From Gemmatimonadota bacterium (lineage in GTDB: Bacteria > Gemmatimonadota > Gemmatimonadetes > Gemmatimonadales > GWC2-71-9), in assembly GCA_039656555.1 (NCBI GenBank), contig JBDHLU010000005.1, positions 4,242 to 68,241 on the forward strand: a DNA stretch of 64,000 nucleotides. The letters are read 5' to 3'. The notes beneath the pieces were generated by a model. That model was not told where the DNA came from. It did no database searches and saw nothing but the letters and a program-made list of their open reading frames with translations. Positions 17,924 through 28,226 of this stretch are shown here, in pieces. The position numbers and the translations under genes are program-made. Each line of letters opens with the position of its first letter. The first letter of the stretch is position 1.

Positions 17924-19138
17924 TTACTCGTAACGCAACGACTCGATCGGATCGAGGGCAGCGGCACGGCGCGCGGGCCAGATACCGAAGAACAACCCAA
18001 TCGCAATACTGAAACCGACGGCCGCGATAACCGCAGCGGGTGACACGAGTGTGTTCCAACCGGCGAGTTCAGCCATCGCGTAGGAAGCTCCGCGACCGAC
18101 CACGATGCCGAGGAGGCCTCCGAGCACGCAGAGCGCCAAGGCTTCTATGATGAACTGGAACATGATATCTCGGCGCCGCGCGCCGAGCGCCTTTCGTATG
18201 CCGATCTCGCGGGTACGCTCCGTGACGGAAACCAGCATGATGTTCATGATGCCGATGCCGCCGACCAACAGTGACACTGCAGCGATACCACCGAGCAGGT
18301 ACGTAAACGTCTTGCTAGTCTCTTCTGCCGTGGCGAGGAATTCACCACGATTCCGAATCTGGAAATCGTTGTCGGCGCCGGGTCGAATTGCGTGCTCTCT
18401 TCGCAGCACTTGCTCCATGTCGATCATTGCCACGGCCATCGAATCCGTATGCATCACCTCCACGGTGACCGAATTGAGCCGGTCACTACCGAAGATGCGA
18501 TACTGCGCAGTCTCGAATGGAATGACGACGATTTCGTCGGGGTTGTTGTAGCTCGAGGTTGCGCCCTTTTCGTTGAGTACGCCAATGATCTCGAACGGGA
18601 GGCCCCTGATCGCGATAGTTTGGCCAATCATCGCGACAGGATTGGCGTTGAGCATGTCCGGGATAGCAGAGCCAATGACGGCGACGCGTTTGCGAGCGCT
18701 GCCGTCTCCCGCCGTAATCGCTCGGCCCGCCAACAACTCATAGTTGTTGATCTTGAGATAATCGGGTACGGTGCCCGTAACGTTCACGTTGGCATTCTGG
18801 TTCATGTACTTGATCTGCTGATTCCGTCGAATCTCCGGCACGATGGCGGAGAGCGTTCGTGTGCCTTTGACGAGCGCTAGGTAGTCGTCAGTGGTCAGGC
18901 TGACGCGATCCGCCGAGGCAACGCCGCGGTGCATCGACTGGCCGGCGTAGATCTGCAGTAGGTTGGTCCCGAGCGCTTCGATGCGTTCCTGCACTGCCTG
19001 TTGTGCTCCGGTCCCTAGTGCCACCATCGTGATGACCGCACCGACACCGATCACGATGCCCAAAACCGCGAGGAAGGAGCGAAGGAAGTTCGAACGGATC
19101 GCGCGGAGCGCGACCACAATGATTTCTCCAAACAGCAT
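17924..19138 (-). CDS. MacB-type ABC transporter permease (FtsX-like, separate from the ATPase)
   Basis: 404 aa. N-terminal TM (FLRSFLAVLGIVIGVGAVITMVALG), a ~230-aa periplasmic domain, and a C-terminal FtsX 3-TM bundle with ..REIGIRKALGARRRDI... Confidence 0.85.
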   Translation of the reverse strand: MLFGEIIVVALRAIRSNFLRSFLAVLGIVIGVGAVITMVALGTGAQQAVQERIEALGTNLLQIYAGQSMHRGVASADRVSLTTDDYLALVKGTRTLSAIVPEIRRNQQIKYMNQNANVNVTGTVPDYLKINNYELLAGRAITAGDGSARKRVAVIGSAIPDMLNANPVAMIGQTIAIRGLPFEIIGVLNEKGATSSYNNPDEIVVIPFETAQYRIFGSDRLNSVTVEVMHTDSMAVAMIDMEQVLRREHAIRPGADNDFQIRNRGEFLATAEETSKTFTYLLGGIAAVSLLVGGIGIMNIMLVSVTERTREIGIRKALGARRRDIMFQFIIEALALCVLGGLLGIVVGRGASYAMAELAGWNTLVSPAAVIAAVGFSIAIGLFFGIWPARRAAALDPIESLRYE

Positions 19139-20646
19139 TATCTGCGACCTCCTCCAAGTGGGTTACTCCCGCCGGTCATGCGTTGTATGCGTTCTGAGAA
19201 TTCGGCTTGGCTACGAAGCAGGCTTGCACTCGGAAGTACCAAGACGGTATCGGCTGTACTCAACCCAGAAATGACTTCGGAATAATCGAGGTCGGTGAGG
19301 CCGGTTTGCACTGGAACAGCCGTGATCTCACCGGATCTCAGCACAAACACTACGTAGCTCCCACCGAAGAGTCCCGCCGTTGACGATTGCTGTTGGCCGC
19401 CGCGGTTCCCAGGACGACCGCCCTGTTCGCCACCCCCAGGGCCCCTCAGTTTGCCGAGGATCTGCCGATCCGCCGCAGTCAAAGATTGGAATCCGCCTTC
19501 ACCCTGCATTTTGGCCATGACGCCCTCGATTTGGGCTTTAGTGAGGCCCTCCGGTACCGGAATCTCGCGACCCCTGAATGACACTGTCTCGTGCCCGTTA
19601 CCCTCGGAATCATGTACCGACCCGGCCATCGTGGTCGTGCCACCTTGTCCCTCTTGCTGGCGTTGGCGCGCTGCGGCCAGTTGTTCCTGAACCACAGCCG
19701 GGTCGAGTCCGAGCACTATGGCAGCTGATGCCATGTCATTGCTCGTGCGGAGGGCAGCATTGGGGACCGTCACCACCCCACGTTGTTGCCCGATGCTGAC
19801 TTCCACTTCAGCGTTCATCCCAGGCTTCAGCAGATCGTCGGTGTTGGCAATGCGCATGAGGACGGGGAACATGGTCACGTTCTGGGTGACCGTCGCTTGT
19901 GGTTCGATCTTCAGCACCTGACCCGTGAACGGTCGATTCGGGTATGCGTCAACCGTGATGGTCACGGGCATGCCAGGTTGGATCTTGCCGATGTCAGTCT
20001 CGTCCACGAGCGAGCGTACCTGTACGGTATCGAGATTGGCCATGCGCATGAGCACGGCCCCACCACTCACGTTGCTGGTGGCCGACGTGATCACGGTTCC
20101 GATCTCGACAGCTTTCTCGAGGAGAGTGCCGGTGATCGGTGCACGGACGTCAGTGTCTTCAAACGAGATCTTGGCGTCTTCGAAAGATCGCTCGGCACGA
20201 ACCAACTGCGCCACCGCATTTGCCTTCGCGAGAATAGCTCCTTCCCACTCGGTCTCGGTGATCGACTGAGATTTGTACAATTCCTCTGAACGCCGGTATT
20301 GCGACTCCGCGTTTGTGAGCTGTGCCTGCGCCACCTGAAGATCTGCTTCCGCCTGGCGCAGGGCGTTTGCCGGCACCCGCGGGTCGACCTTCACGAGGAG
20401 TTGTCCGGCAGTGACCTTGTCTCCAGTTTCTACACGCACATCGAGGATCTCGCCTGAGGCCTTTGACTTCACCTCGACGGTAAGGACCGGCTCGACCGTA
20501 CCGGCAGCACTCGCCGATACGACGATGTCGCGCGTGACCACGGGCACCATCTGGTAGATGGGAGCCTCAGTTTCTTCCTCTTGGCACGCAACCGCCAGCA
20601 TGGGAATGGCAAGAGCGATCGTGAAATAACGAATGGTCTTCTTCAT
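19138..20646 (-). CDS. Efflux periplasmic adaptor (HlyD/MacA-type membrane fusion lipoprotein) with an extended Gly/Gln-rich insert
   Basis: 502 aa. Lipobox IPMLAVAC. Coiled-coil hairpin region (..LQVAQAQLTNAESQYRRSEELY..) and beta-barrel segments. Unusual low-complexity stretch GPGGGEQGGRPGNRGGQQQSS. Confidence 0.8.
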   Translation of the reverse strand: MKKTIRYFTIALAIPMLAVACQEEETEAPIYQMVPVVTRDIVVSASAAGTVEPVLTVEVKSKASGEILDVRVETGDKVTAGQLLVKVDPRVPANALRQAEADLQVAQAQLTNAESQYRRSEELYKSQSITETEWEGAILAKANAVAQLVRAERSFEDAKISFEDTDVRAPITGTLLEKAVEIGTVITSATSNVSGGAVLMRMANLDTVQVRSLVDETDIGKIQPGMPVTITVDAYPNRPFTGQVLKIEPQATVTQNVTMFPVLMRIANTDDLLKPGMNAEVEVSIGQQRGVVTVPNAALRTSNDMASAAIVLGLDPAVVQEQLAAARQRQQEGQGGTTTMAGSVHDSEGNGHETVSFRGREIPVPEGLTKAQIEGVMAKMQGEGGFQSLTAADRQILGKLRGPGGGEQGGRPGNRGGQQQSSTAGLFGGSYVVFVLRSGEITAVPVQTGLTDLDYSEVISGLSTADTVLVLPSASLLRSQAEFSERIQRMTGGSNPLGGGRR

Positions 20647-20654
20647 TGCTATGA

Positions 20655-21401
20655 TTACGCCTTCTTTTCGGTCAAGATGTCTCGTTCAACCAGCCCGTCG
20701 AGGAGATGGATCTGTCTCGTCGCATGCTCCGCGATGTCGTGCTCGTGAGTGATCAAGATGATCGTCTGCCCGTGATCGTGGAGATCGTGGAATACCTTCA
20801 GGATGTCCGCGCTCGTATGACTGTCGAGGTTGCCCGTCGGCTCATCCGCGAGCAGCATGCTGGGATCGTTCACCAACGCACGGGCTATCGCCACGCGCTG
20901 TCGTTGACCACCCGAGAGTTCATTTGGTTTGTGCTCCATGCGGTCGGCCAACCCGACGCGTTCGAGTGCGTCCTCGGCTTTCTCGCGCCGTTTCTTCGCA
21001 CGAATGCCGGCATAGATGAGTGGCAATTCGACGTTGTGCAACGCGGTAGCGCGCGGTAGCAAATTGAACGTCTGAAAGACGAATCCGATCTCCTTGTTTC
21101 GGATCCGCGCCAACTCGTCGTCGTTCAGTTCACTCACTTTTTGTTGGTTCAGCCAGTATTCGCCTTCGGTGGGCGTGTCCAAGCATCCCAGCAAGTTCAT
21201 GAGTGTCGATTTTCCCGATCCCGACGGGCCCATGATTGCCGTGAACTCATTCGTCTTGATCTGGATGTCCACGCCGCTCAGCGCATGGACGGTCTCGGTG
21301 CCCATTTGGTATCTGCGCGCCAACTTGTGGGTCACAATGACCGTATCGGCGGCGGGCATGTCGCCCGTATGGAAGGTTGAGGGCTGATGGCTAGCGGTCA
21401 T
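20655..21401 (-). CDS. ABC transporter ATP-binding protein (MacB/LolD-type)
   Basis: Walker [10 protein letters not shown], signature LSGGQRQR, Walker B LLADEPT. Confidence 0.9.
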   Translation of the reverse strand: MTASHQPSTFHTGDMPAADTVIVTHKLARRYQMGTETVHALSGVDIQIKTNEFTAIMGPSGSGKSTLMNLLGCLDTPTEGEYWLNQQKVSELNDDELARIRNKEIGFVFQTFNLLPRATALHNVELPLIYAGIRAKKRREKAEDALERVGLADRMEHKPNELSGGQRQRVAIARALVNDPSMLLADEPTGNLDSHTSADILKVFHDLHDHGQTIILITHEHDIAEHATRQIHLLDGLVERDILTEKKA

Positions 21402-22675
21402 AGCTCACGTCCGATGAGTGATTCGATTTGTGCCTTGGCAACCAGAAAGTCAAACAACGCTTGAATGCGATCCACCTGGGCCTGCTCGAGATTTCCCTGA
21501 ATCGTCAATACCTCGACGATCGTGGTGGCGCCCAACCGATACCGTTCTTGCTCGATGCGCAGCTGTTCTCCGGCGGCCGCGATACTCGCAACCGCGATCA
21601 AGTGCCGCGCTTCGGAGGCAGCGAGCGACGCGAAGTATTGGGTGAGTTCGGCGTTCACGCTGCGTTTGGTGTCTTCTGCCTGCGAGCGGGCGACGTCGAG
21701 CGCAACCGCGTTACGGACGGCGTTTGCCTCTCGAACAAAGCCATTGAAAATGGGCCAACTGGCACTGAGTCGGAGCGACCATGAGCCATTGAGCGCCGAA
21801 ACCTGCCGGCCCGACCATGAGTTGGAAAAGGACGCGCCAATGCTCGGGAAGTACTGCGCACGGGCCACCGAGAGGTTCGCCTCAGAGGATCGGGTCACCG
21901 CCTCGGCCTGGCGAACGGCGGGTGACTCCAGCAAGATGAGCGTACGAAGCTGGGCGGTGTCCATCTGCACCGGACGAAGCAATAGTGTGTCGCGGAAGGC
22001 GGACACGCTGCCCAGGATCCCGATTGTTGCGGCAAGATTGGCTTCGGAAGTCGCTACTGCGGTTAGAGCATTCAGTAGCTGCAACTGCGATGTACCCAAC
22101 TCGACCACAGAACCGAGTGTGTCCGATCGGATGGCAGAGCCGTTCGCGAGCTTGTCCCGAGAGATTTGCAGTTGCTCCTCGGCCCTTTGCAAACGCGTCT
22201 GCGAGACACGGAGCAATTCATCAGACGCGAGCGCCGCAAAGTACGCTTGCTTCGCTTGCAAGATGGTCTGGAACTCAGAGTTGATCAGCGCCGCATTGGC
22301 GCTCGCCGCATTGGCGCTTGCCGAACGGCCTTCTGCGATCCGCCGGAACCCGTCGAAGATGTCGAGCCCTACGTTCAGCGATGCCGAGTACGACGTACTC
22401 GATCCGGACACCGTACGCTGAGTAGCGGGGTCGAACTGCGAGGACGAATTCGTCGAAACACCGGACGACAGACTCAAGCTCGGAAGCCAGTTACCGATCG
22501 CCGTGCGCTTGCCCCATGCCGCATTCGTGATATTCCCACGAGCCTGCTCCATAGTAGGGCTGACCGTCAGGGCGAGGGCCGTGGCCTCGTCGAGTGTGAC
22601 GGTCCGCTGCTGCGCTCCAAGCGGAACGGCCACCAACCCCGCAACCGCGATGGTGAGGAAAGACCTACCACTCAT
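21398..22675 (-). CDS. TolC-family outer-membrane efflux protein
   Basis: Two-repeat OEP architecture with signal [22 protein letters not shown]. Start chosen at ATG 22675; the track ORF extends to 22744 and overlaps the upstream gene. Confidence 0.8.
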   Translation of the reverse strand: MSGRSFLTIAVAGLVAVPLGAQQRTVTLDEATALALTVSPTMEQARGNITNAAWGKRTAIGNWLPSLSLSSGVSTNSSSQFDPATQRTVSGSSTSYSASLNVGLDIFDGFRRIAEGRSASANAASANAALINSEFQTILQAKQAYFAALASDELLRVSQTRLQRAEEQLQISRDKLANGSAIRSDTLGSVVELGTSQLQLLNALTAVATSEANLAATIGILGSVSAFRDTLLLRPVQMDTAQLRTLILLESPAVRQAEAVTRSSEANLSVARAQYFPSIGASFSNSWSGRQVSALNGSWSLRLSASWPIFNGFVREANAVRNAVALDVARSQAEDTKRSVNAELTQYFASLAASEARHLIAVASIAAAGEQLRIEQERYRLGATTIVEVLTIQGNLEQAQVDRIQALFDFLVAKAQIESLIGREL

Positions 22676-23117
22676 ATCGACGACCTCCGTCAGATTCGCG
22701 GTCATCGTTTTCCCTGGCCTCGTGTGCGGCGCGCGCCGAGTCACTCCTGGAAATCATCTCCTGGTAGGTGGCCTGCTGCACAGAGTCCAACTGCTTGCTG
22801 ATGTCCTCTCTGATCTCGAGGCGTAGCGAGTCGAACCGCGGCTGGGTTTCGGTCCAGATCTGCCCGAGTCCCTCCTGGCGCCGCTTGAGAATGACGGAAA
22901 CGGATTCTCGCTGCGCTGTAGTGAGATCGAGTGCGTCACCCAGGCGTTCGGAATAACTCGGGCGACGTTCACGGTCGCCATCGCGCCCGCGGCTACGCTC
23001 CGAGCTGGGCCGCTCGTCGTTGCCCCAAGCATCTGAAATCACACTGCCCACCACTCCGCCGGCGACAAACGTCACCAAGACCAGCGAAGCGGCGGCAATT
23101 TTTGATCGGTTTAGCAT
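22665..23117 (-). CDS. Periplasmic LTXXQ-motif (Spy/CpxP-like) protein
   Basis: 150 aa. N-terminal anchor/signal IAAASLVLVTFVAGGVVG, LTXXQ-type motif LDLTTAQRESV, and charged low-complexity flanks. Confidence 0.55.
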   Translation of the reverse strand: MLNRSKIAAASLVLVTFVAGGVVGSVISDAWGNDERPSSERSRGRDGDRERRPSYSERLGDALDLTTAQRESVSVILKRRQEGLGQIWTETQPRFDSLRLEIREDISKQLDSVQQATYQEMISRSDSARAAHEARENDDRESDGGRRYEW

Positions 23118-23145
23118 TGCATCCTGTCCAGTACGTCGTTGTGTG

Positions 23146-23517
23146 TTAAAACCCTGCCGCCAACGCGAGCACTACGTCGACGTCAGGGGCCGTCTGATCG
23201 GCCAACCAAACCGGGACCGACATTTCTTCGGCGGATTCCACGATCGGGTTTGCCAGTGACGCCGGCGTGAGTACGGTGCCCGCTTGCATGCCGGTCCAGA
23301 GTAATGCCGCAGCGGCGAGCCCAGCTGCTGCCACGAGGCCTGGACGTGCCCACCCTCCGAGCACGGACCACCACTGACCCTGCGGCAACTCACCGAACAA
23401 CACTTCGGCACTCGCTTTGACGCGGCGCACAAATGCGGCCTCGTCGCCCATAGTGAGCGCTTCGCGAAGCGGATCGCCGATTTCGTGATCGGCCTTGTGA
23501 TCAAACGGTGAGGTCAT
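23146..23517 (-). CDS. Putative anti-sigma factor (single TM)
   Basis: 123 aa immediately downstream of the ECF sigma, overlapping it by 4 nt. Central TM GLVAAAGLAAAALLW. Assignment rests on position and architecture only. Confidence 0.5.
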   Translation of the reverse strand: MTSPFDHKADHEIGDPLREALTMGDEAAFVRRVKASAEVLFGELPQGQWWSVLGGWARPGLVAAAGLAAAALLWTGMQAGTVLTPASLANPIVESAEEMSVPVWLADQTAPDVDVVLALAAGF

Positions 23518-24086
23518 CGGACCTCCTCCCTCCAGCCTTTCCAGGCTTCGAGTTTTTCCCGAAGTGCGCGACGGCCATGGAACACGTCCGACCGTACCGT
23601 CCCCTCAGGAACATCCAACACTTCTGCAATTTCACGATGCGAGTACCCCTCGACATCGAACAACACTACGGCCATGCGTTGCCGGTCGGGCAACTCCGCC
23701 AGGGCCTCTCGCAACTGCTTGCCAAAAGCCTCGCGGTCGGTCTGGACATCCGGTCCGGCATCCTTTGACCGGAAGTCCGGCGTCACCTCTTCTGCCGTTC
23801 GCACCTTCCTTCGGCGCCGGCGGTCACTCGCCTGGTTGGCGACGATCCGCATCAGCCACGGCCCGAACGGTCTAGTCGCGTCATAGCGACCCAGGTACTT
23901 GAGCGCAGCGAGAAACGCATCCTGCGCCGCGTCGTCTGCATCGTCCTCATTATTGAGGATCGACCGGGCCACCCTGCGGGCCTGCGCGGCATAGCGTTCC
24001 ACCAACTTCCCAAACGCCTCACGATCGCCGGCTACTGCCAGAGCCGCGAGTTCCGCGTCCTGCATATCAGAGGTACGCACAGACAT
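23514..24086 (-). CDS. ECF-subfamily RNA polymerase sigma-70 factor
   Basis: 190 aa. Region 2 (..DDAAQDAFLAALKYLGRYD...FGPWLMRIVANQASD..) and region 4 HTH (..YSHREIAEVLDVPEGTVRSDVFHGRRALRE..). Confidence 0.9.
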   Translation of the reverse strand: MSVRTSDMQDAELAALAVAGDREAFGKLVERYAAQARRVARSILNNEDDADDAAQDAFLAALKYLGRYDATRPFGPWLMRIVANQASDRRRRRKVRTAEEVTPDFRSKDAGPDVQTDREAFGKQLREALAELPDRQRMAVVLFDVEGYSHREIAEVLDVPEGTVRSDVFHGRRALREKLEAWKGWREEVR

Positions 24087-24148
24087 GAAAGGCCGTTGAG
24101 GCTAGGCCCCTCCGAAGTGGGGGTGCCAACCCCCTCCGAACGAGGAGG

Positions 24149-24724
24149 TCAACCCGCCCCCAGCCCCAGGGTGGCTTCATTAGGGGCCAGGGCGTCGATC
24201 AGGAATTGGATGTGCTCGTCGAGTTCCACTCCGAGTTCTTCGGCGCCCGACCTGACTTCCTCCCGGTTCACGCCCCGCGCAAAGCCCTTGTCCTTGAGCT
24301 TCTTCTTGACGCTCTTGACCTTGAGATCACCGAAACTCTTGGATGGGCGTACCAGCACGCACGCCACCAGGAGGCCACACAACTCGTCGACAGCAAAGAG
24401 CGTCTTGGCCATCTGGCTCTCTCGTGGCACGTCGCAGTACACGGCATGACCGAGGATTGCTTCGCACATGTGTTCCGGAAACCCACGCTCGCGCAACAAG
24501 TTCACCCCAAAAGAGGGGTGCTGTTCGGTTGGCGAACGCGCGTCGTTGGGGTATTTCTCGTAGTCGAAATCGTGCAGAAGCCCCACGAGTCCCCACTCGT
24601 CTTCGTTTTCTCCGAATTTCCGAGCGTACGCACGCATGGCCAACTCGATGGCATACATATGCGCCCGCAGTCCCGCGGACTCGGTGTATTGGTGCATCAA
24701 TGCCAGAGCTTCGTCCCTATTCAT
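24149..24724 (-). CDS. HD-domain (HDIG-like) phosphohydrolase
   Basis: 191 aa from ATG 24724. HD motif ..GLVGLLHDFDY.. plus downstream His residues. The track ORF extension to 25027 overlaps asnB and was discarded. Confidence 0.75.
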   Translation of the reverse strand: MNRDEALALMHQYTESAGLRAHMYAIELAMRAYARKFGENEDEWGLVGLLHDFDYEKYPNDARSPTEQHPSFGVNLLRERGFPEHMCEAILGHAVYCDVPRESQMAKTLFAVDELCGLLVACVLVRPSKSFGDLKVKSVKKKLKDKGFARGVNREEVRSGAEELGVELDEHIQFLIDALAPNEATLGLGAG

Positions 24725-24728
24725 TAGA

Positions 24729-26552
24729 TCAGGCTCCCATCCAGTGTTCGGTCCACATCCCGAGCACGAGTAATGTCCAGAGCGCACGCCCGTGGTTGGC
24801 GTGCCGGTCTCGGTGTTGTGAAACAAGTTCGCCCACCAGCCCGGGTGGCAAAAGGCCCAAGGGTTCAAATCGTTCGTCACAAACCAAGCGGTCGAACTCG
24901 GCTCGGAGCTCGGTTCGCATGAGTTGATTGACGGGGACCGACAACCCGCGCTTGCGTCGATGGACGATGCGTCGCGGGAGATACCGTGACGCCACGTGCT
25001 TGAGCAGGGGCTTGGTTCGCAGGCCATCGGTCTTCAAATGATCGGGGAGCGCAAACGCGAATCGTCTCACTAGAGGGTCCAGGAACGGCGCGCGACTCTC
25101 GAGTGATGACAGCATCGTGGCGCGGTCGATCTTGGCCAGGAGCGCTCGTAGGTAAGTGGAGTAGTCGAAATACATGAAACGGCTGAGATCATCGAAGCGA
25201 CCGATGGATGCATCCCAGATCTTCCGAACCTCGGGGGGAAGGAGGCGATCATGGACCTGGGCGCCGAACCAAGCCACATGACGGTCCAAGGCCGGCTTCG
25301 AAGCGTGGGCCACGAACCGCTTGAGCAACAGTCGTATCGGGACCTTGGTATCCGAGACCGGCAGCGAGTCGACGATTCGATCGATCACGCTCCGGACAGC
25401 CGACGGCAAGCGACCGTAACCCGCCGCGGCCGCGTGCCCCAGGTAGGTGGGATAGCCACCAAACAACTCGTCCGCGCCTTCTCCGCTCAAGACCACCCCA
25501 ACGTGGCGCTGGGCCCGAGCGGCGAGGAGTGCAGTGGGGAGCACGGCCGGGTCCGTAATCGGTTCGGCCAGGCGGTCGATCATGGTGTGTAGTTGGGCTG
25601 CGAGGTCTTTCGCCGTGGCCAAGACGTCGATATGGTGGGTGCCGAGATGCCGAGCGACCGCACGAGCCGGGTCACGTTCGTCGTATGAGGGTTCTTCGAA
25701 TCCGATGGCAAACGTGTGCAACTTGGTGGGGGCCATTGCTTGGGTGGCGTACGCGGCAAGCAGGCTGGAATCGACACCTCCGCTAGCAAAAACACCGACC
25801 GGAACCTCGGCGTTGAGCTGTCTTGCTACCGCCGCCTCGAGCAACGTGTCGAGGCTGCCGGATGGGTCGTCAGGTGCGACGGGCCGGGTGCCGGTGGCCG
25901 GCTCGTAGTTCCAAGTCGACCCGGCGACCTTGCCGGCGCTGCCCGGCTCGACACTCCAGATACCTTCGAACATCGTCTTGGCCCCGACCGTATAGCCCAG
26001 CGTGAGAATGTCTTCGATGGCCGACGTATTGGCCGAGGTTCCGACGCCAGGGTGCGCCAAGATCGTCTGGATCTCGGAGCCGAACACAAGCAACCCATCG
26101 ACGTTTGCCGCAAAGAGTGGCTTCTCCCCCTGAGGGTCACGTGCCAGGATGATCTCACGCGTTCTAGGGTCCCAGATTGCCAGGGAGTACATACCATCGA
26201 GATCGGTGATTCCGGCGCGGCCTTTGTCGAGGAAGAGCGGAACGATCGACTCGACGTCCGACGCGGTTCGGAAAGGGAAATCGCGATAGCGCGCCCGGAT
26301 CTCGGGTGAGTTGTAGATCTCGCCGTTACAAACGACAACGACGCCCGTGGCAGGGTCTCGAAACGGTTGAGTGATTGGGTTGGCTCGGTCGATGATTCGC
26401 AGCAACCGGACGCCCAGTGCAGCGTTGTCGTCGACGAAGGTTCCACCTCCGTCCGGACCACGGTGGACCAGTGTCGCCGCCATGTCCTGCAGGATCTTGG
26501 GATCCGTCCGGCTGGGGCTGGTTACGCTCACCACCCCGTAGATGCCGCACAC
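24729..26552 (-). CDS. asnB: Asparagine synthase (glutamine-hydrolysing) family amidotransferase
   Basis: 607 aa, GTG start. N-terminal nucleophile Cys2 (MCGIYG) and PP-loop VFASGGVDSS. Confidence 0.85.
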   Translation of the reverse strand: MCGIYGVVSVTSPSRTDPKILQDMAATLVHRGPDGGGTFVDDNAALGVRLLRIIDRANPITQPFRDPATGVVVVCNGEIYNSPEIRARYRDFPFRTASDVESIVPLFLDKGRAGITDLDGMYSLAIWDPRTREIILARDPQGEKPLFAANVDGLLVFGSEIQTILAHPGVGTSANTSAIEDILTLGYTVGAKTMFEGIWSVEPGSAGKVAGSTWNYEPATGTRPVAPDDPSGSLDTLLEAAVARQLNAEVPVGVFASGGVDSSLLAAYATQAMAPTKLHTFAIGFEEPSYDERDPARAVARHLGTHHIDVLATAKDLAAQLHTMIDRLAEPITDPAVLPTALLAARAQRHVGVVLSGEGADELFGGYPTYLGHAAAAGYGRLPSAVRSVIDRIVDSLPVSDTKVPIRLLLKRFVAHASKPALDRHVAWFGAQVHDRLLPPEVRKIWDASIGRFDDLSRFMYFDYSTYLRALLAKIDRATMLSSLESRAPFLDPLVRRFAFALPDHLKTDGLRTKPLLKHVASRYLPRRIVHRRKRGLSVPVNQLMRTELRAEFDRLVCDERFEPLGLLPPGLVGELVSQHRDRHANHGRALWTLLVLGMWTEHWMGA

Positions 26553-26555
26553 CGC

Positions 26556-28226
26556 CTACCCGCTCGAGGCTAGCCCTGAAACTCCGCAGGGACCGTACGC
26601 CACGTACTTTCGGGTGACGGCAATGGTCGGCAATGCAGCCGCCAATTCCCTTCGAGCCGACTCGTCATGCACCGACGTCACGAACACCCGCGGCCGCCGG
26701 CATTCCAACAGAGCCTCACGCCACCAACGGGCTGGTCGGATAGTAGGTGCGTCTTTCCAGGCGTCGAAGTGTCTGAGCAAATAGTTGCTGGTGAGTTCCG
26801 ATCCGTCGTCCGTCGCGACGACCACGGGCCGGCGCAGATAGAACGGAAGGGAAGTTGGGAATGACTCGATGGTGACTACCTGCGCGTCGGGCCCTGCCAG
26901 CCTATCGATAGCACCAGCGAGGTCTCGCGCCGAGCGATCCGTCCCGATGGCGCTCATCAGACCCGCACCGGCGATCGGGATTGCGGCAATTGGTAGGGTG
27001 AGTCCAAGCATGACGATGCCTCGGCTTTGAATGCCTGAGATTACCAGAGTTGCCGCAACAAGGCAGACGGCGCCGAGGGTAACTGCGGTCGAAGGGATCG
27101 TCGCGGCGACCAGGTCACTTGCCGAAACCCAACCTGCGATGTGGTCGTGCATCACTATGAAGAACAGACCGATGAATCCCAGGGCAATTCCTACCACACG
27201 GACTTCCTTGAAGGACTCTCGCCGCCGCCAGGCCACGGCGCACAAAAACCCTACGGCCGGTATCAAGGGTAGCACATACTGCGGTCTCTTGGACGTCGAC
27301 AGCGAAAAAAAGATCAGGGGAACCAGCAACCATGAAAGAAAAAATTGCACATGGTGCCGCTCGGTTCCTTTCATCTTGGTTCCCAGTCGCCGGACGTTCC
27401 CGAGTGCGACCAGGCTCCACGGCAGAGCGGCGGCGGGCAAGATCGCCATGAAATACCACCATGGCTCGGCGCGCCCGAGTTCGTTGGACGAAAGGCGTGC
27501 CAGAGTTTCGGTGACCACGACGTAGTTCACGAAGTCCGGAATCTCCTGCGAGACAGCGAACACCCATGGCAGCACGAGAGCGAGGAACAACAATCCCGAG
27601 AGTGGATCAAGAACGCGGCCGAGGCGGCGCCGCAACATCGCGTACGGAATGCAGGCGAGCAACGGTAGGGCCAAGGCGATCGGGCCCTTCGTGAGTACGC
27701 CAAGTGCGGTGGCAGCCCAGGCGCCGGCTCTCCACCATGTGGCGTCTTCGTCGGAGAGTGCCTCGATGGATTCGTATAGCGCGAGGATCGCGGCCACCGC
27801 GAAGAAACTGAGGGTGCTGTCAAAGATGACTGTGCGGGAATACGCGAGGGCAAACGGTGTCGCGGCGGCGGCGACAGCGGCAGTAAGGGCCGTGTCGGCG
27901 TCGAAATGACGCCGTCCAAACCCCCATACCAAAACGACGGTTCCAATCGTAAACAGGAGAGAGGGAAGACGAGCAGCGAATTCAGAAGGCCCCAATATCT
28001 CCATGGAAGCCGCGCCCACTGCAAAGAACAACACGGGTTTGTCGAGGTATGGGAGGCCGTTCAGGCGTGGGAGGACGTAATCATTAGTAGTGGCCATCTC
28101 CCGAGCGACTTCGGCGTTCCGGCCCTCGTCGGGTTCGAGCAGCGGATAGTCGGCAAAACCGTACAAGAAGCCGAATGCGAGGATCACCCACACCAACCCG
28201 ATGGCCACCGCATCGCGGCGTTGCAC
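26556..28226 (-). CDS. Glycosyltransferase family 39 (ArnT-like) membrane protein, second paralog in the window
   Basis: 556 aa with at least 11 TM. N-terminal ..LLEPDEGRNAEVAREMATTNDYVLPRLNGLPYLDKPVLFF.. is the classic ArnT/PMT_2 loop-1 motif. Confidence 0.85.
   Translation of the reverse strand: MQRRDAVAIGLVWVILAFGFLYGFADYPLLEPDEGRNAEVAREMATTNDYVLPRLNGLPYLDKPVLFFAVGAASMEILGPSEFAARLPSLLFTIGTVVLVWGFGRRHFDADTALTAAVAAAATPFALAYSRTVIFDSTLSFFAVAAILALYESIEALSDEDATWWRAGAWAATALGVLTKGPIALALPLLACIPYAMLRRRLGRVLDPLSGLLFLALVLPWVFAVSQEIPDFVNYVVVTETLARLSSNELGRAEPWWYFMAILPAAALPWSLVALGNVRRLGTKMKGTERHHVQFFLSWLLVPLIFFSLSTSKRPQYVLPLIPAVGFLCAVAWRRRESFKEVRVVGIALGFIGLFFIVMHDHIAGWVSASDLVAATIPSTAVTLGAVCLVAATLVISGIQSRGIVMLGLTLPIAAIPIAGAGLMSAIGTDRSARDLAGAIDRLAGPDAQVVTIESFPTSLPFYLRRPVVVATDDGSELTSNYLLRHFDAWKDAPTIRPARWWREALLECRRPRVFVTSVHDESARRELAAALPTIAVTRKYVAYGPCGVSGLASSG

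Noticed and set aside
24087-24148. Possible terminator or ECF promoter between the HD gene and the sigma gene (GGGGGT-gcca-ACCCCC hairpin)
   Set aside because: The stem is only 6 bp with no U-tract, and I could not find a convincing AAC/CGT-type ECF promoter by eye. It is too weak to call.
24725-25027. N-terminal extension of the HD-domain ORF (the track ORF starts at 25027)
   Set aside because: The extension overlaps the 3' end of asnB in another frame and has non-coding composition. ATG 24724 gives a normal HD protein starting 4 nt after the asnB stop.
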